From Candidatus Altiarchaeota archaeon (GTDB lineage: Archaea > Altiarchaeota > Altiarchaeia > IMC4 > SCGC-AAA252-I15): a DNA stretch of 43,534 nt. A program made the position numbers and the translations under genes. Shown piece by piece: positions 10,801 through 23,300 of this stretch (the first letter of the stretch is position 1; every line of letters begins with the position of its first letter). The notes beneath the pieces were generated by a model. It was not told the DNA's origin. It saw nothing but the letters and a program-made list of their open reading frames with translations, and did not search any database. The stretch lies in contig JBDRLL010000040.1 of the NCBI GenBank assembly GCA_043813075.1, positions 1 through 43,534 on the forward strand, given 5' to 3'.

Positions 10801-12394
10801 TTGCCTCACCGTCTTCGTATCCGCTAACGCCGGAATAATCATCTATCCATGATCCTGCGTCGCAGGTCTGATGTGAGTCAGCACATATCCCCTCCTGCTT
10901 GCTGTTCAAAGGCCTGGTCATGTCGTCCATCTCGTCTTCCGTGCCGTCACAGTCGTTGTCGTATCCATCGCATGTTGTTTCAGGGGTCTCGTATTCTTGG
11001 ATTCCGCTGTAATCGTCAACCCATGTGCCGCCAGCGCACGTTTGCTCAGAATCCACGCACACACCATCTTGCATGCTGTTTAATGGTGGTGATTCCCCTG
11101 AACCGTCGGCAGTACCCACATTGCAGTCGTCGTCTATTCCATTGCATATCTCTGTTGCTCCCGGGTTTACGTTCGGGTCGTTGTCGTCGCAGTCGTCGTC
11201 AGTATATCCGTCCTGGTCCTGATCCTCATCACATATAAGTCCTGGTGGTGTCTCGTCTCCTCCCCCAAGGCAGTTCCCATATTCTGTGCCGCCTGTCGTG
11301 TGGCTTGATCCCCCGCCGAAATTACATTTTGCAGCTGATTCAGCGTTCATGGTGAAGTCGCCGTCCACCACCGTGTCTGCGTTGGCGCCGAGTGTCGCCT
11401 CGTTAGAACCGAACATCCCAAAATCTCCGTCAACGTCGGCTAGTCCACCCCCGCCTATTATGACGTCGCTTCCAGTGTATCCTCCATACGAGTACATTAT
11501 CGCGTTTCCGGATACTACTAAGTCAACATTCTGTCCTAGTGACACTTCTCTTGAAGCCTCCATATATGAGCTAGTGCATCCTATATAACTGCCTCCCCCA
11601 ACAATCACCTTGCTTGTTGTCAGATCACCTGTGGACACCATTGTCACCGGACCGCTTAGCGTCAAATCCACATTCTGGCCTAGCGAAACCGTTTTCGGGG
11701 CCTTCATGAAAACTTCGTTCGAGATTACGTTGCTTCCCCCACCTATTGTTACACCCTCTTCATCAGAGAGCATTGTGAGTGGGCCGTTCAGGTTCAAGTC
11801 GACGTTCTGTCCTAGTGAAGCTGATTTCAATGACTTCATGTATGTGTCGTCCGCGTCTACGTCGGTTCCACCACCTATTGTGGTTTCTTGTTCTTCAGAG
11901 AGCATGGAGAATTTGTCTGCCTCGATTTTCGTGTTTTGCCCGAGGCTCACTCCACGTCTTCCATCCAGGCAGATGTTGTTTCCAGTCAACCGCTTACCGC
12001 CAGCCAAGGTTATGTCGCATGGAGAGTGCATTATCAGGTCATTTCCTGCCTCAAGCATGTCGTCGTTTATCGCCAGGTTCTTGTAGTTGGCTCCGTTAAA
12101 TCCGTAATCGCTTGCCACGTACGCGTTATAGTCTGCCAGTGAGTCGATGTTCACGGTTCCGCTACAGCCTGCGCCTGGCGTGTAGTCCGTCTTCATGCTG
12201 CAGGCTGGTGTGGCGGATGGTGAGCAGGTATGGGTGGGTCCGGCTTGAGCGCTTACGCTATTGGCTATTGTGGTGATGAGGAGTAGTGTGAGTAGTGTTA
12301 TCGTGATTTTGCGCCAGATTCCGTTGTTTGTGCCCGTCAGGGTTTTCAGTCGTCTACACTCGCATTCTCCGTTGTTTCCGTTTTTTGTTTTCAT
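4841..12394 (-). CDS. Giant (~2517 aa) Cys/Asp-rich cell-surface/adhesin-like protein: beta-helix head, MopE-like and myxococcal Cys-rich repeats, two lectin-like domains, thrombospondin type-3 repeats, PKD domain, Pro-rich stalk, C-terminal TM anchor
   Basis: Signal peptide (KITITLLTLLLITTIANSVSA); DCDDNDPNVNPGATEICNGIDDDC (putative metal-binding/MopE-type); CGDGVQEGDEECDDGNNDPGDGC (myxococcal Cys-rich repeat); many DxDGDGxGDxCDNCP TSP3 repeats; WDFGNG...GTFTVTLSVS PKD; APEAP stalk; hydrophobic helix plus basic tail. ATG 12394 follows a GAGGTGA SD (the ORF-track start is 12436). Confidence 0.88.
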   Translation of the reverse strand: MKTKNGNNGECECRRLKTLTGTNNGIWRKITITLLTLLLITTIANSVSAQAGPTHTCSPSATPACSMKTDYTPGAGCSGTVNIDSLADYNAYVASDYGFNGANYKNLAINDDMLEAGNDLIMHSPCDITLAGGKRLTGNNICLDGRRGVSLGQNTKIEADKFSMLSEEQETTIGGGTDVDADDTYMKSLKSASLGQNVDLNLNGPLTMLSDEEGVTIGGGSNVISNEVFMKAPKTVSLGQNVDLTLSGPVTMVSTGDLTTSKVIVGGGSYIGCTSSYMEASREVSLGQNVDLVVSGNAIMYSYGGYTGSDVIIGGGGLADVDGDFGMFGSNEATLGANADTVVDGDFTMNAESAAKCNFGGGSSHTTGGTEYGNCLGGGDETPPGLICDEDQDQDGYTDDDCDDNDPNVNPGATEICNGIDDDCNVGTADGSGESPPLNSMQDGVCVDSEQTCAGGTWVDDYSGIQEYETPETTCDGYDNDCDGTEDEMDDMTRPLNSKQEGICADSHQTCDAGSWIDDYSGVSGYEDGEATCCDTVDNDCDGLIDCSDDECDADSLCEMPVCPDGKTETLMETISLGASDADGEDSTSILYSGMSYLLKATGTYRYDSSQSSKIADAEYCTRDSWGTLRTDLDGSILDIHLNGQDYDWGCYNDNHEYGFVYDATTTGNVNVLLSDWYGTWGNACDNNACIHDNSGSLSVDIYCCATDEVCDDGTDNDCDTYVDCDDSDCDGDDACIICGDGVQEGDEECDDGNNDPGDGCTPDCLSEDQSGDVVGPCVEADLCEWDTELPLGNEYYDMWGCNYQYSTFWPLATDSTVTCTFDGDEYHNYMLYLSVDNDIIGCTLNGNQIPGTVEQANEGCALPDPRDELGVAISPLRDSENTLVCQVRDRRLANGDLIPNANFFDGCVVGDDPCIDEVCTDGIDNDCDGDIDCADEDCEGEIGPDSGVCCNGDDGLCDDGYDCTDDTCDANNECLSTPNDDNCDGNDEDEIATCDNSPDDNPLTWDYRAEFNSQCVDVGGGVYDCTTAGAISHDGNDPDADGVATDCGDNCPDIYNPLVTSGTCTGYKVGDACDEDSDCCIRHRHCCGSNWQWHTHCGTCQMTSEQPNSDSDSHGDACDNCPTTDNEDQADADGDGIGDVCDNCPDDANNDQADADGDGIGDVCDNCVNTPNGPSKGTCDGGGIGDWKKGAPCNSNNDCGLINQGNCVKDQADADGDDMGDVCDTCPDDNPGDVDGDGYCQSARFNSPKNGGDDCDDDEPAVNPGVKEQDCMCFDEVDNDCDGKADAADDSFNLLGGDFGCVCRDGQNQMGNQQIDCADPWCSNFLNEPYCAATENTGQCGDSCDDSFDNDGDTCIDGVDSDCGGTETSCVDGNDNDCDGLVDCADPDCATQTGPLGSTCCQDNEDCNDHDAPEIATCEWTPDGNPDTWDYRALFDSQCNVGGTYECSQTTDADISHDGTDPDADDIDTECGDNCPTVANAGQEDVDKWNCPGGYSQSPCSDGVGDACDNCVDNYNPNQENADGDARGDLCDNCKQVQNNDQLDVDDDGRGDACDNCVNHGNAWKTGTCMGDWEYRGVQCNNDDECGTGTCLKLQTNSDGDSLGDACDNCPNIDNEDQQDIDKWNCPGGYANSPCSDGVGDVCDNCVDNYNPDQKNSDTDSLGDLCDNCKKADNDDQADRDDDGAGDVCDTCPDTPDHWKAGTCLINGRYTTRCEDDSDCGGQAAPSDAGLADEPAGGVCVRYLDTDKDGLGDVCDNCPTTDNPGQEDDDQDGVGDACDICPGHDDWADADGDGIPDGCDACPNDPENDADEDGVCGDVDQCPGFPDYMDYDQDGVPDDCDACPAAGDDCACEQIYQLDTVSVPSDGSTVNSVTLEAGKKYLLQASGTYDYGPSIADAECSERTGVVYGPGWKKGEDVFPAVWKTYLDVLVNDIDHSWGLTCNSDTNTYDLIMPGTGVQSAFKMIDSGYGDNSGSVTIDIYECVSCPDEENGGAIPDGDGGTQITLESGDGYCDYQCEPVEATPEGVYGERHNINGMCDTCPGIYDHDQADADGDGRGDACDNCVNTFNPDQSDVDGDGIGDLCDTEDDDASCADTFDNDGDTLVDCDDPGCQNTNSCDADGDGVPNGQDICPETADPKVCDGGANEGQECVDDTGCPDSTCSQPDMDGDGVPGTQPQTDLNDPSTWFGGDACDADADNDGFPGPGTTGGDASIKVVETCRIYDPELPAEGLPFCDCDDLDATIYPGADDPLNDRINQNCWNAPPVGSITSPIEGSSFTHQSAPVQLTFTAEIGDEEDCVDAVWDFGNGFTAQSNNCGEDSGAIILDESAVGGEELEASTAYDLLGTFTVTLSVSESGSGGAGMAVITGDAVAVGGQSTVDTVSITINRQPKNNNPVETPSEPAPEAPAPEAPAPEAPAPQPAVVPTPQPVARPQQAPAQPQPRADAPSTEPRAAPVRDVTPPAITGFAIAPITDYFAALSTSGFRNLILLMSLIAGYVVWARDTQLKKASDSSKK
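5132..5182 (-). repeat. 15-bp tandem repeat (~3.4 copies) encoding (APEAP)n
   Basis: TGGCGCTGG(C/T)GCTTC x3 plus a partial copy on the + strand. Confidence 0.9.
8891..9010. repeat. 51-bp identical direct repeat with 69-bp period (recent TSP3 unit duplication)
   Basis: GCAGTTGTCGCATACGTCTCCTATCCCGTCTCCGTCTGCGTCAGCCTGGTC at 8891-8941 and 8960-9010, encoding DQADADGDGIGDVCDNC twice. Confidence 0.9.
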
Positions 12395-12649
12395 TTTTGT
12401 TTTACTCACCTCTCCGCCAATAACGCTAATAGTCACCTTTAAAGACTGGTTGGATGGAAGGAACAGGTTCGGCCAGGCAGAGCCTAACGTATCTGATAGC
12501 AGAAAGAAAATCTATATAGTGCCCCACCCTTGGTTTACTCATCTCCTCCAACCACCACACAAGCATATGGGAATAAGATATGCTTCAATAGTAAATATAA
12601 ACCAAGATTAATATAAAAAGACATACATTGTACATTAAACGTGTTTTTT

Positions 12650-12725
12650 GCGTGAAAACCATGGTTTACGCCATTTTCCATCCCATTTCACGCGCAAATA
12701 CCTACTACTAAAATACCTACTACTA
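12650..12725. promoter_or_regulatory. Palindrome/inverted repeat plus a 15-bp tandem direct repeat in the divergent intergenic region
   Basis: AAACCATGGTTT perfect palindrome (12656-12667); GCGTGAAA (12650-12657) and TTTCACGC (12686-12693) inverted pair; AAATACCTACTACTA x2 (12696-12725) just upstream of AT-rich TATA-like elements. Confidence 0.5.
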
Positions 12726-12784
12726 ATATTAAATACTATATACGTGATTATTTATTTTTACCCTAGCAAACTAATGAAGATACT

Positions 12785-13618
12785 ATGATGAAGATACTCT
12801 CCGCATTAGCTGTATTGCTCTTAATCGCGGGCATGGTCCAGGCGGATGCCGCATCCACGCCCGGCAAGGGCAACACAATCCAGGCCGCATCGCAAGCGTG
12901 CCCTCAGACGTCACCCCAGAACACTCTTAACGCGGCCGGAACCGCTGCATCATCCCGGACAAACCCCACGTTGAAGGCTGCTTCCACGCCAAGTAAGGTT
13001 ATGGCCGCCCCAATGAAGGCTGCTCCCGCTCCTAGTAAGGTTATGGTTGTTCCACTGAAGGCTGTCAAGAAGAACGCTCCTATGAAGGTTGTTAAGCCGC
13101 GTTTCAGGAATCTGGAGCTTAAGAATTCCGTCCTCAACTCCCGTCTAAAGCGCATACAGGAGGTTAAGAAGAACATCATTCAGGATACCGGCAATTTTAC
13201 TGACTCTTCCAGGCAGTTCAGGAGGCAGGGCATAATGATGGAGCGGGCGAAGGCGCTCAACGAGTTAGGCGGCTTCCTGGCGGACCGGAATACCGGCATG
13301 CAGGTGTCCAGCATAGGTTTAGCCATCGGGAATTCCATAAACCTGACCATGGCTGCTGAGAAGAGGATCAACGAGCGGGACTCGGTTTCAAGACTACTGT
13401 TCGGCGGAGACCATGATTCAGCAGACGCAATAGCCGCTGAAGTGAGCCAGAACAAGGCCCGGCTCTACAGGCTAAGGAAAATGAATGCTGCCGCCGGCGG
13501 CCTAGGGCCGTTCTTCAAAGCGCAGTTAATGGCGCTTGAGTTGGAGCAGAATAGGCTGGAGAACATCTCCAAGACTGAGAAGCAGAGCAAGGGAATGTTC
13601 GGCTGGATATATAAGTAG
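12785..13618 (+). CDS. Secreted protein with Ala/Pro/Lys low-complexity N-region and a helical/coiled-coil C-domain of unknown function
   Basis: Signal peptide MMKILSALAVLLLIAGMVQA. The C-terminal ~120 aa (LADRNTGMQVSSI...RLLFGGDHDSA...KSKGMFGWIYK) resembles, from my recollection, an uncharacterised family in methanogens, DPANN and CPR. Confidence 0.75.
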   Translation: MMKILSALAVLLLIAGMVQADAASTPGKGNTIQAASQACPQTSPQNTLNAAGTAASSRTNPTLKAASTPSKVMAAPMKAAPAPSKVMVVPLKAVKKNAPMKVVKPRFRNLELKNSVLNSRLKRIQEVKKNIIQDTGNFTDSSRQFRRQGIMMERAKALNELGGFLADRNTGMQVSSIGLAIGNSINLTMAAEKRINERDSVSRLLFGGDHDSADAIAAEVSQNKARLYRLRKMNAAAGGLGPFFKAQLMALELEQNRLENISKTEKQSKGMFGWIYK

Positions 13619-13621
13619 GGT

Positions 13622-14122
13622 TTAATTCAATACCACAACCTTCTCGACGCCCTCCACATTCAGCATCCTGTCTATCAAGTCCCTGGGGATCGGCTTCTCG
13701 GTTATCACAGTAAGCTCCGGGTTGTCGAACATCGGGTCGTCCGCGATAACCTGCCGTATCCCAATACCCTCCTCGCTTATCAGCCCAGTGACCCCCGCTA
13801 TGATTCCCTCCTTCCCCGCGTTGGACGGTATTATCTCGATGACCCCGTACCCTAAGACGGGCGCAAGATCCCTCAAGTATGGTGTGACATTAAGCCTACT
13901 GAATATCTTCATCATCCTCTCGTCGCCGGCTATCGACTCTATGGTGGACTTCACAACCCTCCTGTCCACACCCAATAATAATGCGATAGAAGACCTTTTG
14001 ACTTCCACGTCGCCCGCGTAAACCAGGCCACCGCTTGAAACCCTCAAACCCCTCCTGACGAGGAACTCGGCAACCCTCCTCTGCGCCCCCCTGCCCGCGA
14101 AAAAACCCTCCAAATCAAGCAT
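13622..14122 (-). CDS. ACT-domain regulator of amino-acid metabolism (COG2150-like)
   Basis: N-terminal HTH-like IALLLGVDRRVVKSTI and C-terminal ACT (GIIAGVTGLISEEGIGIRQVIADDP...LTVITEKPIP). Confidence 0.85.
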   Translation of the reverse strand: MLDLEGFFAGRGAQRRVAEFLVRRGLRVSSGGLVYAGDVEVKRSSIALLLGVDRRVVKSTIESIAGDERMMKIFSRLNVTPYLRDLAPVLGYGVIEIIPSNAGKEGIIAGVTGLISEEGIGIRQVIADDPMFDNPELTVITEKPIPRDLIDRMLNVEGVEKVVVLN

Positions 14123-14175
14123 TTTTTAACTACCCAACTATAATAATAAATCCCATCGTTAAATAGGTTGTCAGC

Positions 14176-14934
14176 ATGATAGGCAAGAAGATACGGATTG
14201 AGAGGATCATAGACCGGAAGTCCCGGAAGACAGTGATAGTCCCCATGGACCATGGGGTTACTGTAGGCCCCATACCCGGCCTAGAGGACCTCCAGAAGGC
14301 TGTTAACGAGGTTGCTGACGGGGGCGCGGACGCGGTGCTCATGCACAAGGGCATGGTGCAGTGGGGTCACAGGGGATACGGGAAGGATGTTGGGTTGATA
14401 ATCCACTTGAACGGCGGAAGCTCGGTCGCACCAGACCCCAACAACAAGACGCTGGTCACCACAGTCAAGGAGGCTGTGAGGATCGGCGCGGACGCGGTGT
14501 CCATACACGTTAACGTTGGCGCAGACAAGGAGCACCACATGCTCCGGGACCTCGGGATGATTGCTGAGGAATGCTCGGCATACGGCATGCCCCTGCTGGC
14601 GATGATGTACCCGCGGGGAAAGGAGATACAGAACAGTGCGGACGCCAAGTACGTCAAGCACGTCGCAAGGCTGGGTGCGGAATTAGGGGCAGACTTGATC
14701 AAGACCCTCTACACGGGAGACAAGAAGACGTTCAAGGAAGTCGTTGAGGGGTGTCCGGCGCCCATAGTCATAGCAGGCGGCCCCAAGATGGACACGGAGG
14801 CGGAGCTGCTCAAGATGATTGAGGACGCGATGGACTGCGGTGCGATGGGAGTCTCGATAGGCCGCAACGTGTTTCAGGCTGAAGACAGGGTTGGCTTAAC
14901 CAAGAAAATCTGTAAGATAGTCCACGGTGAATAA
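14176..14934 (+). CDS. aroA': 2-amino-3,7-dideoxy-D-threo-hept-6-ulosonate (ADH) synthase, DhnA/class I aldolase family
   Basis: GKKIRIERI...[22 protein letters not shown] (Schiff-base Lys), AGGPK and IGRNVFQ match the MJ0400-type subfamily. FBP aldolase activity is not excluded. Confidence 0.8.
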   Translation: MIGKKIRIERIIDRKSRKTVIVPMDHGVTVGPIPGLEDLQKAVNEVADGGADAVLMHKGMVQWGHRGYGKDVGLIIHLNGGSSVAPDPNNKTLVTTVKEAVRIGADAVSIHVNVGADKEHHMLRDLGMIAEECSAYGMPLLAMMYPRGKEIQNSADAKYVKHVARLGAELGADLIKTLYTGDKKTFKEVVEGCPAPIVIAGGPKMDTEAELLKMIEDAMDCGAMGVSIGRNVFQAEDRVGLTKKICKIVHGE

Positions 14935-14997
14935 AATACTGAACTATAGGCAGGACCACTCACTCTACAATAACATCTACTATAGAGGATATACTGT

Positions 14998-15924
14998 TTG
15001 GTGTATGATATGACACGCGACGTAGGTAAGCATTCGGACATAAAAAAATCCGGGGACAGGGGCCCCAGAGAGTTTAAAACCCATGTTGTTGACAGTGAAG
15101 GCGATTTGATGATGGTTGCTTCAGGCAATGTCATAGCAACCCATCCGATGAACACCATCAAGAATGTCGCCGAACTTATGGTCGACAACGACGTCCGCAG
15201 GGTTCCGGTCCTGGATGCGGGCACAGACCGGCTCATCGGCCTCGCAGCGGCGATAGACATAATGGACTTCCTCGCTGGCGGTGAAAAATACAACATCATG
15301 CTGAAGGATTACAACGGCAATTTCCTTGCTGCAGTCAACTGTCCCATAAGCAAGATAATGGTGGGCGCATCATACCTCGGCAAGAAGGCTTCGATAGATG
15401 ATGCGGTGAACATCATGATAGACAAGAGGACGAGCTGCATACCCATAGTCGAGGACAGCGACTCGATGAAGGTTGTCGCTTTGGTCACGGAGAGGGATGT
15501 AATGCCTGTGGTGGACGATATTGGGGTGGCTGTCGGCGACGTTATGACTTCAAAACCGCTGACCTCCAGCCTGGGCATGATGGTGTCTGACGTGTCCAAG
15601 ATAATGGTCAGGAACCGTATAAGGAGGCTTCCGGTAATACGGGAAGACCATCTTATAGGTGTTGTCACAGTGTTCGACATACTCCGGATGCTGGCTGAAG
15701 GAGACTTCAAGGGCGCTGGCGCGGAGGAGAACCTCAGCACAAGGGTTGATGAGATAATGGAGAAGGAGGTTGTGACAGTAAAGCCTGAAGACGATTTGTC
15801 TGAAGTCGGCCGGCTGGTCAAGGAAACCGGTATCGGAGGCTTCCCTGTGGCTGAGGACGGCGTGTTAAAGGGTATAGTGACTACGACGGACGTGTTGAGG
15901 TGGGTCTACCGTGAATCCGGGTAA
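14998..15924 (+). CDS. Archaeal tandem CBS-domain protein (4 CBS, MJ1225-like)
   Basis: CBS motifs VRRVPVLD, SCIPIVE, IRRLPVI, IGGFPVAE...GIVTTTDVL. Start may be ATG 15010. Confidence 0.88.
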   Translation: MVYDMTRDVGKHSDIKKSGDRGPREFKTHVVDSEGDLMMVASGNVIATHPMNTIKNVAELMVDNDVRRVPVLDAGTDRLIGLAAAIDIMDFLAGGEKYNIMLKDYNGNFLAAVNCPISKIMVGASYLGKKASIDDAVNIMIDKRTSCIPIVEDSDSMKVVALVTERDVMPVVDDIGVAVGDVMTSKPLTSSLGMMVSDVSKIMVRNRIRRLPVIREDHLIGVVTVFDILRMLAEGDFKGAGAEENLSTRVDEIMEKEVVTVKPEDDLSEVGRLVKETGIGGFPVAEDGVLKGIVTTTDVLRWVYRESG

Positions 15925-16016
15925 ACCATCGCATTTATATATGAGAATGGTTCAATATCTTAGTCACATCTGTTTCTCCGTGGGGTCTAATCATAACCTT
16001 ATCGGGGGGTGCTATA

Positions 16017-16241
16017 TTGATTCCAAACAAATTAGTCCCTAAACACGAGCTTTTAAGCGATGAGGAAGCTGAAAAAGTTCTGGAAAAATATTCCATAACA
16101 AAACTCGAATTACCCCGGATAAAACTCAAGGATCCTGCGCTGGATGGTTTCGGCCATAAGCTCGGGGATGTCATCCGGATAACGCGGGAGAACGCTGTTA
16201 CCGGCACATCATACTACTACAGGGTTGTTATAGATGGTTGA
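16017..16241 (+). CDS. rpoH: RNA polymerase subunit H (Rpo5)
   Basis: LVPKHELL...LPRIKLKDP...GDVIRITR...YYRVV; first gene of the rpo operon. Confidence 0.96.
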   Translation: MIPNKLVPKHELLSDEEAEKVLEKYSITKLELPRIKLKDPALDGFGHKLGDVIRITRENAVTGTSYYYRVVIDG

Positions 16242-17718
16242 CAAGAGAGATGATGACGTAGAGGAGAGCAAGATTCCTCTGATAAACATACAGGACTTCG
16301 TTACTAGGGAAGACTTGACGAGGTTCCAGCTGGAGTCCTACAATAACCTGATAGACATCGGCCTGCAGGAGGTTATCGACGAGAAAGGATCACTAGAGAT
16401 AGAGATACCTGAATACAGCCTCGAGCTGGGTAAGATAAGCGTCGGAAAGCCCGTCGTCAACGAGTCCGGGCAGGGCACGGAGCCCAGGTACCCGTTCGAA
16501 TGCAGGCTCAGGAACCTAACCTACTCGGCCCCCATAAACCTGGAGTTCATAGAGCGCGGGGAGCCGGTGGTCGTGGAGATAGGCCACCTGCCTGTGATGC
16601 TCAAGTCTAAGATATGCCTTCTTAACGGGCTTAGCGAAGACGAGATAATACACCACGGTGAAGACCCGTTGGACATGGGCGGATACTTCATAATCAACGG
16701 GACCGAGAGGACGCTCATAATCGTTGAAGACCTCGCACCCAACCGGATAGTCACCACTGAGGAGACTGTGATGGGCAAGGACGTTATAATCGCGAAGGTA
16801 TTCTCAGTGAGGCAGGGCTTCCGTTCTAGGGTGACTGTCGAAAAGAGGGATGGGAACACCGGCGGAACACTCTTCGCATCCTTCCCGGGGATACCCAACA
16901 GGATACCTTTAACACTACTCATGAAGGCTCTTGGCTTAGATGACCAGGAGATTCTCGGCATGTTCGAGGGCGAATCCCAGCTTGAAGTCAAGATAAACAT
17001 GGAGATGAAGAACATGACCGGTGAAGAGGCCTTCGACTATCTGGGCAAGCGGGCTGGCGCAGGCCACGCTAAACAGTACCAGGCCACCCGGGCGAACCAG
17101 GTGATAAACAACTTCCTGCTGCCCCACCTGGGCAACACGGAGGATGACCGGAGGAGGAAGGCCATATACCTGGGTATCATGGCCCAGAAGGTTCTTGAAC
17201 TTGACTTGGGCTTAAGGCAGCCTGACGACAAGGACCATTACAGCAACAAGAGGCTTAGGCTGTCGGGAGACCTCATGCAGGAGCTCTTCAGAGTGAGCTT
17301 CAACAAGATCGCGCGGGACATCAAATACCAGCTGGAGAAGCAGAACGCCAGGCACCGTGTCGTCAACGTCAAGACCGCGGTCAGGAGCAGCAACCTGACT
17401 GAAAGCATATGCTATGCGCTTGCGACAGGAAACTGGACTGGCGGCAGGAGCGGGGTAAGCCAGGTCTTGGATAGGACAAACTACCTTTCATACGTGACCC
17501 ACCAGAGGAGGGTCTCATCGCTTTTGAGCAGGAGCCACCCCCACTTCGAGGCCCGTGACCTTCACGCCACACAGTGGGGTAGGATATGCCCCAACGAGAC
17601 GCCTGAAGGGCAGAACTGCGGTCTAGTGAAGAATCTTGCCATCGGCGCCATAATCTCTTCAGACACTGATGAGGAAGTGGTTGAGAAATACTTGAACGAC
17701 TTCGGGGTAAAACTATGA
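16234..17718 (+). CDS. rpoB2: RNA polymerase subunit B'' (Rpo2N)
   Basis: [54 protein letters not shown]. Confidence 0.97.
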   Translation: MVDKRDDDVEESKIPLINIQDFVTREDLTRFQLESYNNLIDIGLQEVIDEKGSLEIEIPEYSLELGKISVGKPVVNESGQGTEPRYPFECRLRNLTYSAPINLEFIERGEPVVVEIGHLPVMLKSKICLLNGLSEDEIIHHGEDPLDMGGYFIINGTERTLIIVEDLAPNRIVTTEETVMGKDVIIAKVFSVRQGFRSRVTVEKRDGNTGGTLFASFPGIPNRIPLTLLMKALGLDDQEILGMFEGESQLEVKINMEMKNMTGEEAFDYLGKRAGAGHAKQYQATRANQVINNFLLPHLGNTEDDRRRKAIYLGIMAQKVLELDLGLRQPDDKDHYSNKRLRLSGDLMQELFRVSFNKIARDIKYQLEKQNARHRVVNVKTAVRSSNLTESICYALATGNWTGGRSGVSQVLDRTNYLSYVTHQRRVSSLLSRSHPHFEARDLHATQWGRICPNETPEGQNCGLVKNLAIGAIISSDTDEEVVEKYLNDFGVKL

Positions 17719-19526
17719 CTTCCACCGCAGTATACTTGAACGGCAGGCTTATCGGCGAGCACAAGCAGCCTGAAGTCCTAGTCAACAAGCTGAGGGACTT
17801 GAGGCGCAAGGGCAAGCTGCATCCCGCCACTTCAATAAGCTACCGTCATGAGAACAATGAAGTACAAGTCTACTGCGACAAAGGCAGGGTACTGCGCCCG
17901 ATATCAATAGTCGACAAGGGCACCCCCCTCCTGAAGAGGGAGATGATCCAGGATATCAGGGACGGCAAGAAGAAGTGGGATGACCTGGTTTCAGAGGGCA
18001 TCATAGAATACATTGACGCTGAGGAGGAGGAGAGCGCTTACGTGGCTGTCAGACAGTACAAGCTGAAGCCTGAGCACACGCACCTGGAGCTTTCACCGGC
18101 ACTGCTGCTGGGCGTGAGCGCGGGATTCGCGCCTTTCCCGGAGCACAACTCCTCTCCGAGGGTCACCATGGCTGCCGCAATGGCGAAGCAGAGCCTAGGC
18201 TTCTACGCATCCAACTACTTTTCAAGATTTGATTCACGGTCAAACATACTCCACTACGCCCAGACACCGATGGTCCAGACCGACATAACCACGACACTCA
18301 ACTACCGGAAGAGGCCTGCAGGACAGAACTTCGTTGTGGCCATCATGAGCTATGAAGGCTACAACATGGAGGATGCGATCATCCTGAACAGGAGTTCGGT
18401 GGAACGCGGCCTAGGGAGGTCCACATTCTACAGGACTTATGTCGCAGAGGAGCGGGATTATCCGAGCGGCCAGAGGGATCGCTTCGAGATACCTGCGACC
18501 GACGTTGAGGGCGCCCAGTCAGAGGACACTTACACGAAGCTTGGCGAGGACGGCGTCATCTTCCCGGAATACGATGTGGGCTCAGGCGAAGTATTGATAG
18601 GTAAGACTTCCCCCCCCAGGTTCCTTGAGGAGATAGGACCCTACGGTATAGTCGAGGAGCGGAGGAGGGAGACGTCCACAACCGTCCGCCACATGGAGTC
18701 CGGCATAGTCGACTGTGTGGTTCTGACGGAGACGATAGAGAAGAACAAGCTTGCTAAAGTCAGGATAAGAAGCCTAAGGGTCCCGGAGTTGGGCGACAAG
18801 TTCGCTTCAAGGCACGGGCAGAAGGGTGTTGTAGGACTGCTAGTCCCCCATGAGGACATGCCCTTCACGAAGGACGGTATAGTTCCTGACCTGATAATCA
18901 ATCCGCACGCGATACCATCGAGGATGACCATCGGTCACGTGCTCGAGATGGTCGGCGGCAAGAGCGGTTCCCTGGATGGCCGCCTAGTCAACGGCACGGC
19001 GTTCTCCAACGAGGAGGAGGATGATCTGAGGGGCATACTCAAGAAGCACGGCTTCAACCACAATGGTAAGGAGAAGATGTACCACGGAACCAGCGGGGAG
19101 GCGTTCGAGTCGGACATATTCATCGGCGTAATATACTACCAGAAGCTGCACCACATGGTAGCCAACAAGGTGCACGCAAGGTCTCGCGGACCGGTCCAGA
19201 TGCTCACAAGGCAGCCTACTGAAGGAAGAGCCCGTGAAGGAGGATTAAGGTTCGGGGAGATGGAGCGTGACTGCCTGATAGGCCATGGCGTATCCATGGT
19301 GCTTAAAGACCGTCTGTTGGACGAGTCCGACAAGGTTGTCGTGCCCGTCTGCAGCAAGTGCGGTCTCGTGGCGATCAACGATGTTGAGCGCAGGCAGGTG
19401 TACTGCCCGCTATGCGGTGAAGTACCCACCTACCCTGTCGAGATGGCTTACGCCTTCAAGCTCCTTTTGAACGAGCTTCAGGGAATGTGCATACATCCAA
19501 AATTGAGGTTAAGCGATAAGGCATAA
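17715..19526 (+). CDS. rpoB1: RNA polymerase subunit B' (Rpo2C)
   Basis: [45 protein letters not shown]-terminal Zn ribbon; ATGA overlap with B''. Confidence 0.97.
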   Translation: MTSTAVYLNGRLIGEHKQPEVLVNKLRDLRRKGKLHPATSISYRHENNEVQVYCDKGRVLRPISIVDKGTPLLKREMIQDIRDGKKKWDDLVSEGIIEYIDAEEEESAYVAVRQYKLKPEHTHLELSPALLLGVSAGFAPFPEHNSSPRVTMAAAMAKQSLGFYASNYFSRFDSRSNILHYAQTPMVQTDITTTLNYRKRPAGQNFVVAIMSYEGYNMEDAIILNRSSVERGLGRSTFYRTYVAEERDYPSGQRDRFEIPATDVEGAQSEDTYTKLGEDGVIFPEYDVGSGEVLIGKTSPPRFLEEIGPYGIVEERRRETSTTVRHMESGIVDCVVLTETIEKNKLAKVRIRSLRVPELGDKFASRHGQKGVVGLLVPHEDMPFTKDGIVPDLIINPHAIPSRMTIGHVLEMVGGKSGSLDGRLVNGTAFSNEEEDDLRGILKKHGFNHNGKEKMYHGTSGEAFESDIFIGVIYYQKLHHMVANKVHARSRGPVQMLTRQPTEGRAREGGLRFGEMERDCLIGHGVSMVLKDRLLDESDKVVVPVCSKCGLVAINDVERRQVYCPLCGEVPTYPVEMAYAFKLLLNELQGMCIHPKLRLSDKA

Positions 19527-19533
19527 AGGCAAA

Positions 19534-23299
<3,766 letters not shown>

Positions 23300-23300
<1 letters not shown>

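Noticed and set aside
5900-11250. Recurrent GCAGTTGTCGCA-type repeats as a CRISPR array
   Set aside because: Spacing is irregular and degenerate, it is fully explained by CDNC/DNDC codons of TSP3/MopE repeats, and there are no cas genes.
449-12611. Many + strand ORFs (60-224 aa) opposite the large surface genes
   Set aside because: They are antisense shadows of GC-rich repetitive coding sequence with Ser/Arg/Cys-biased composition and no motifs.
16234-19526. Split RpoB as a frameshift or pseudogene
   Set aside because: The B''/B' split at this position with an ATGA overlap is a known state in several archaeal lineages.
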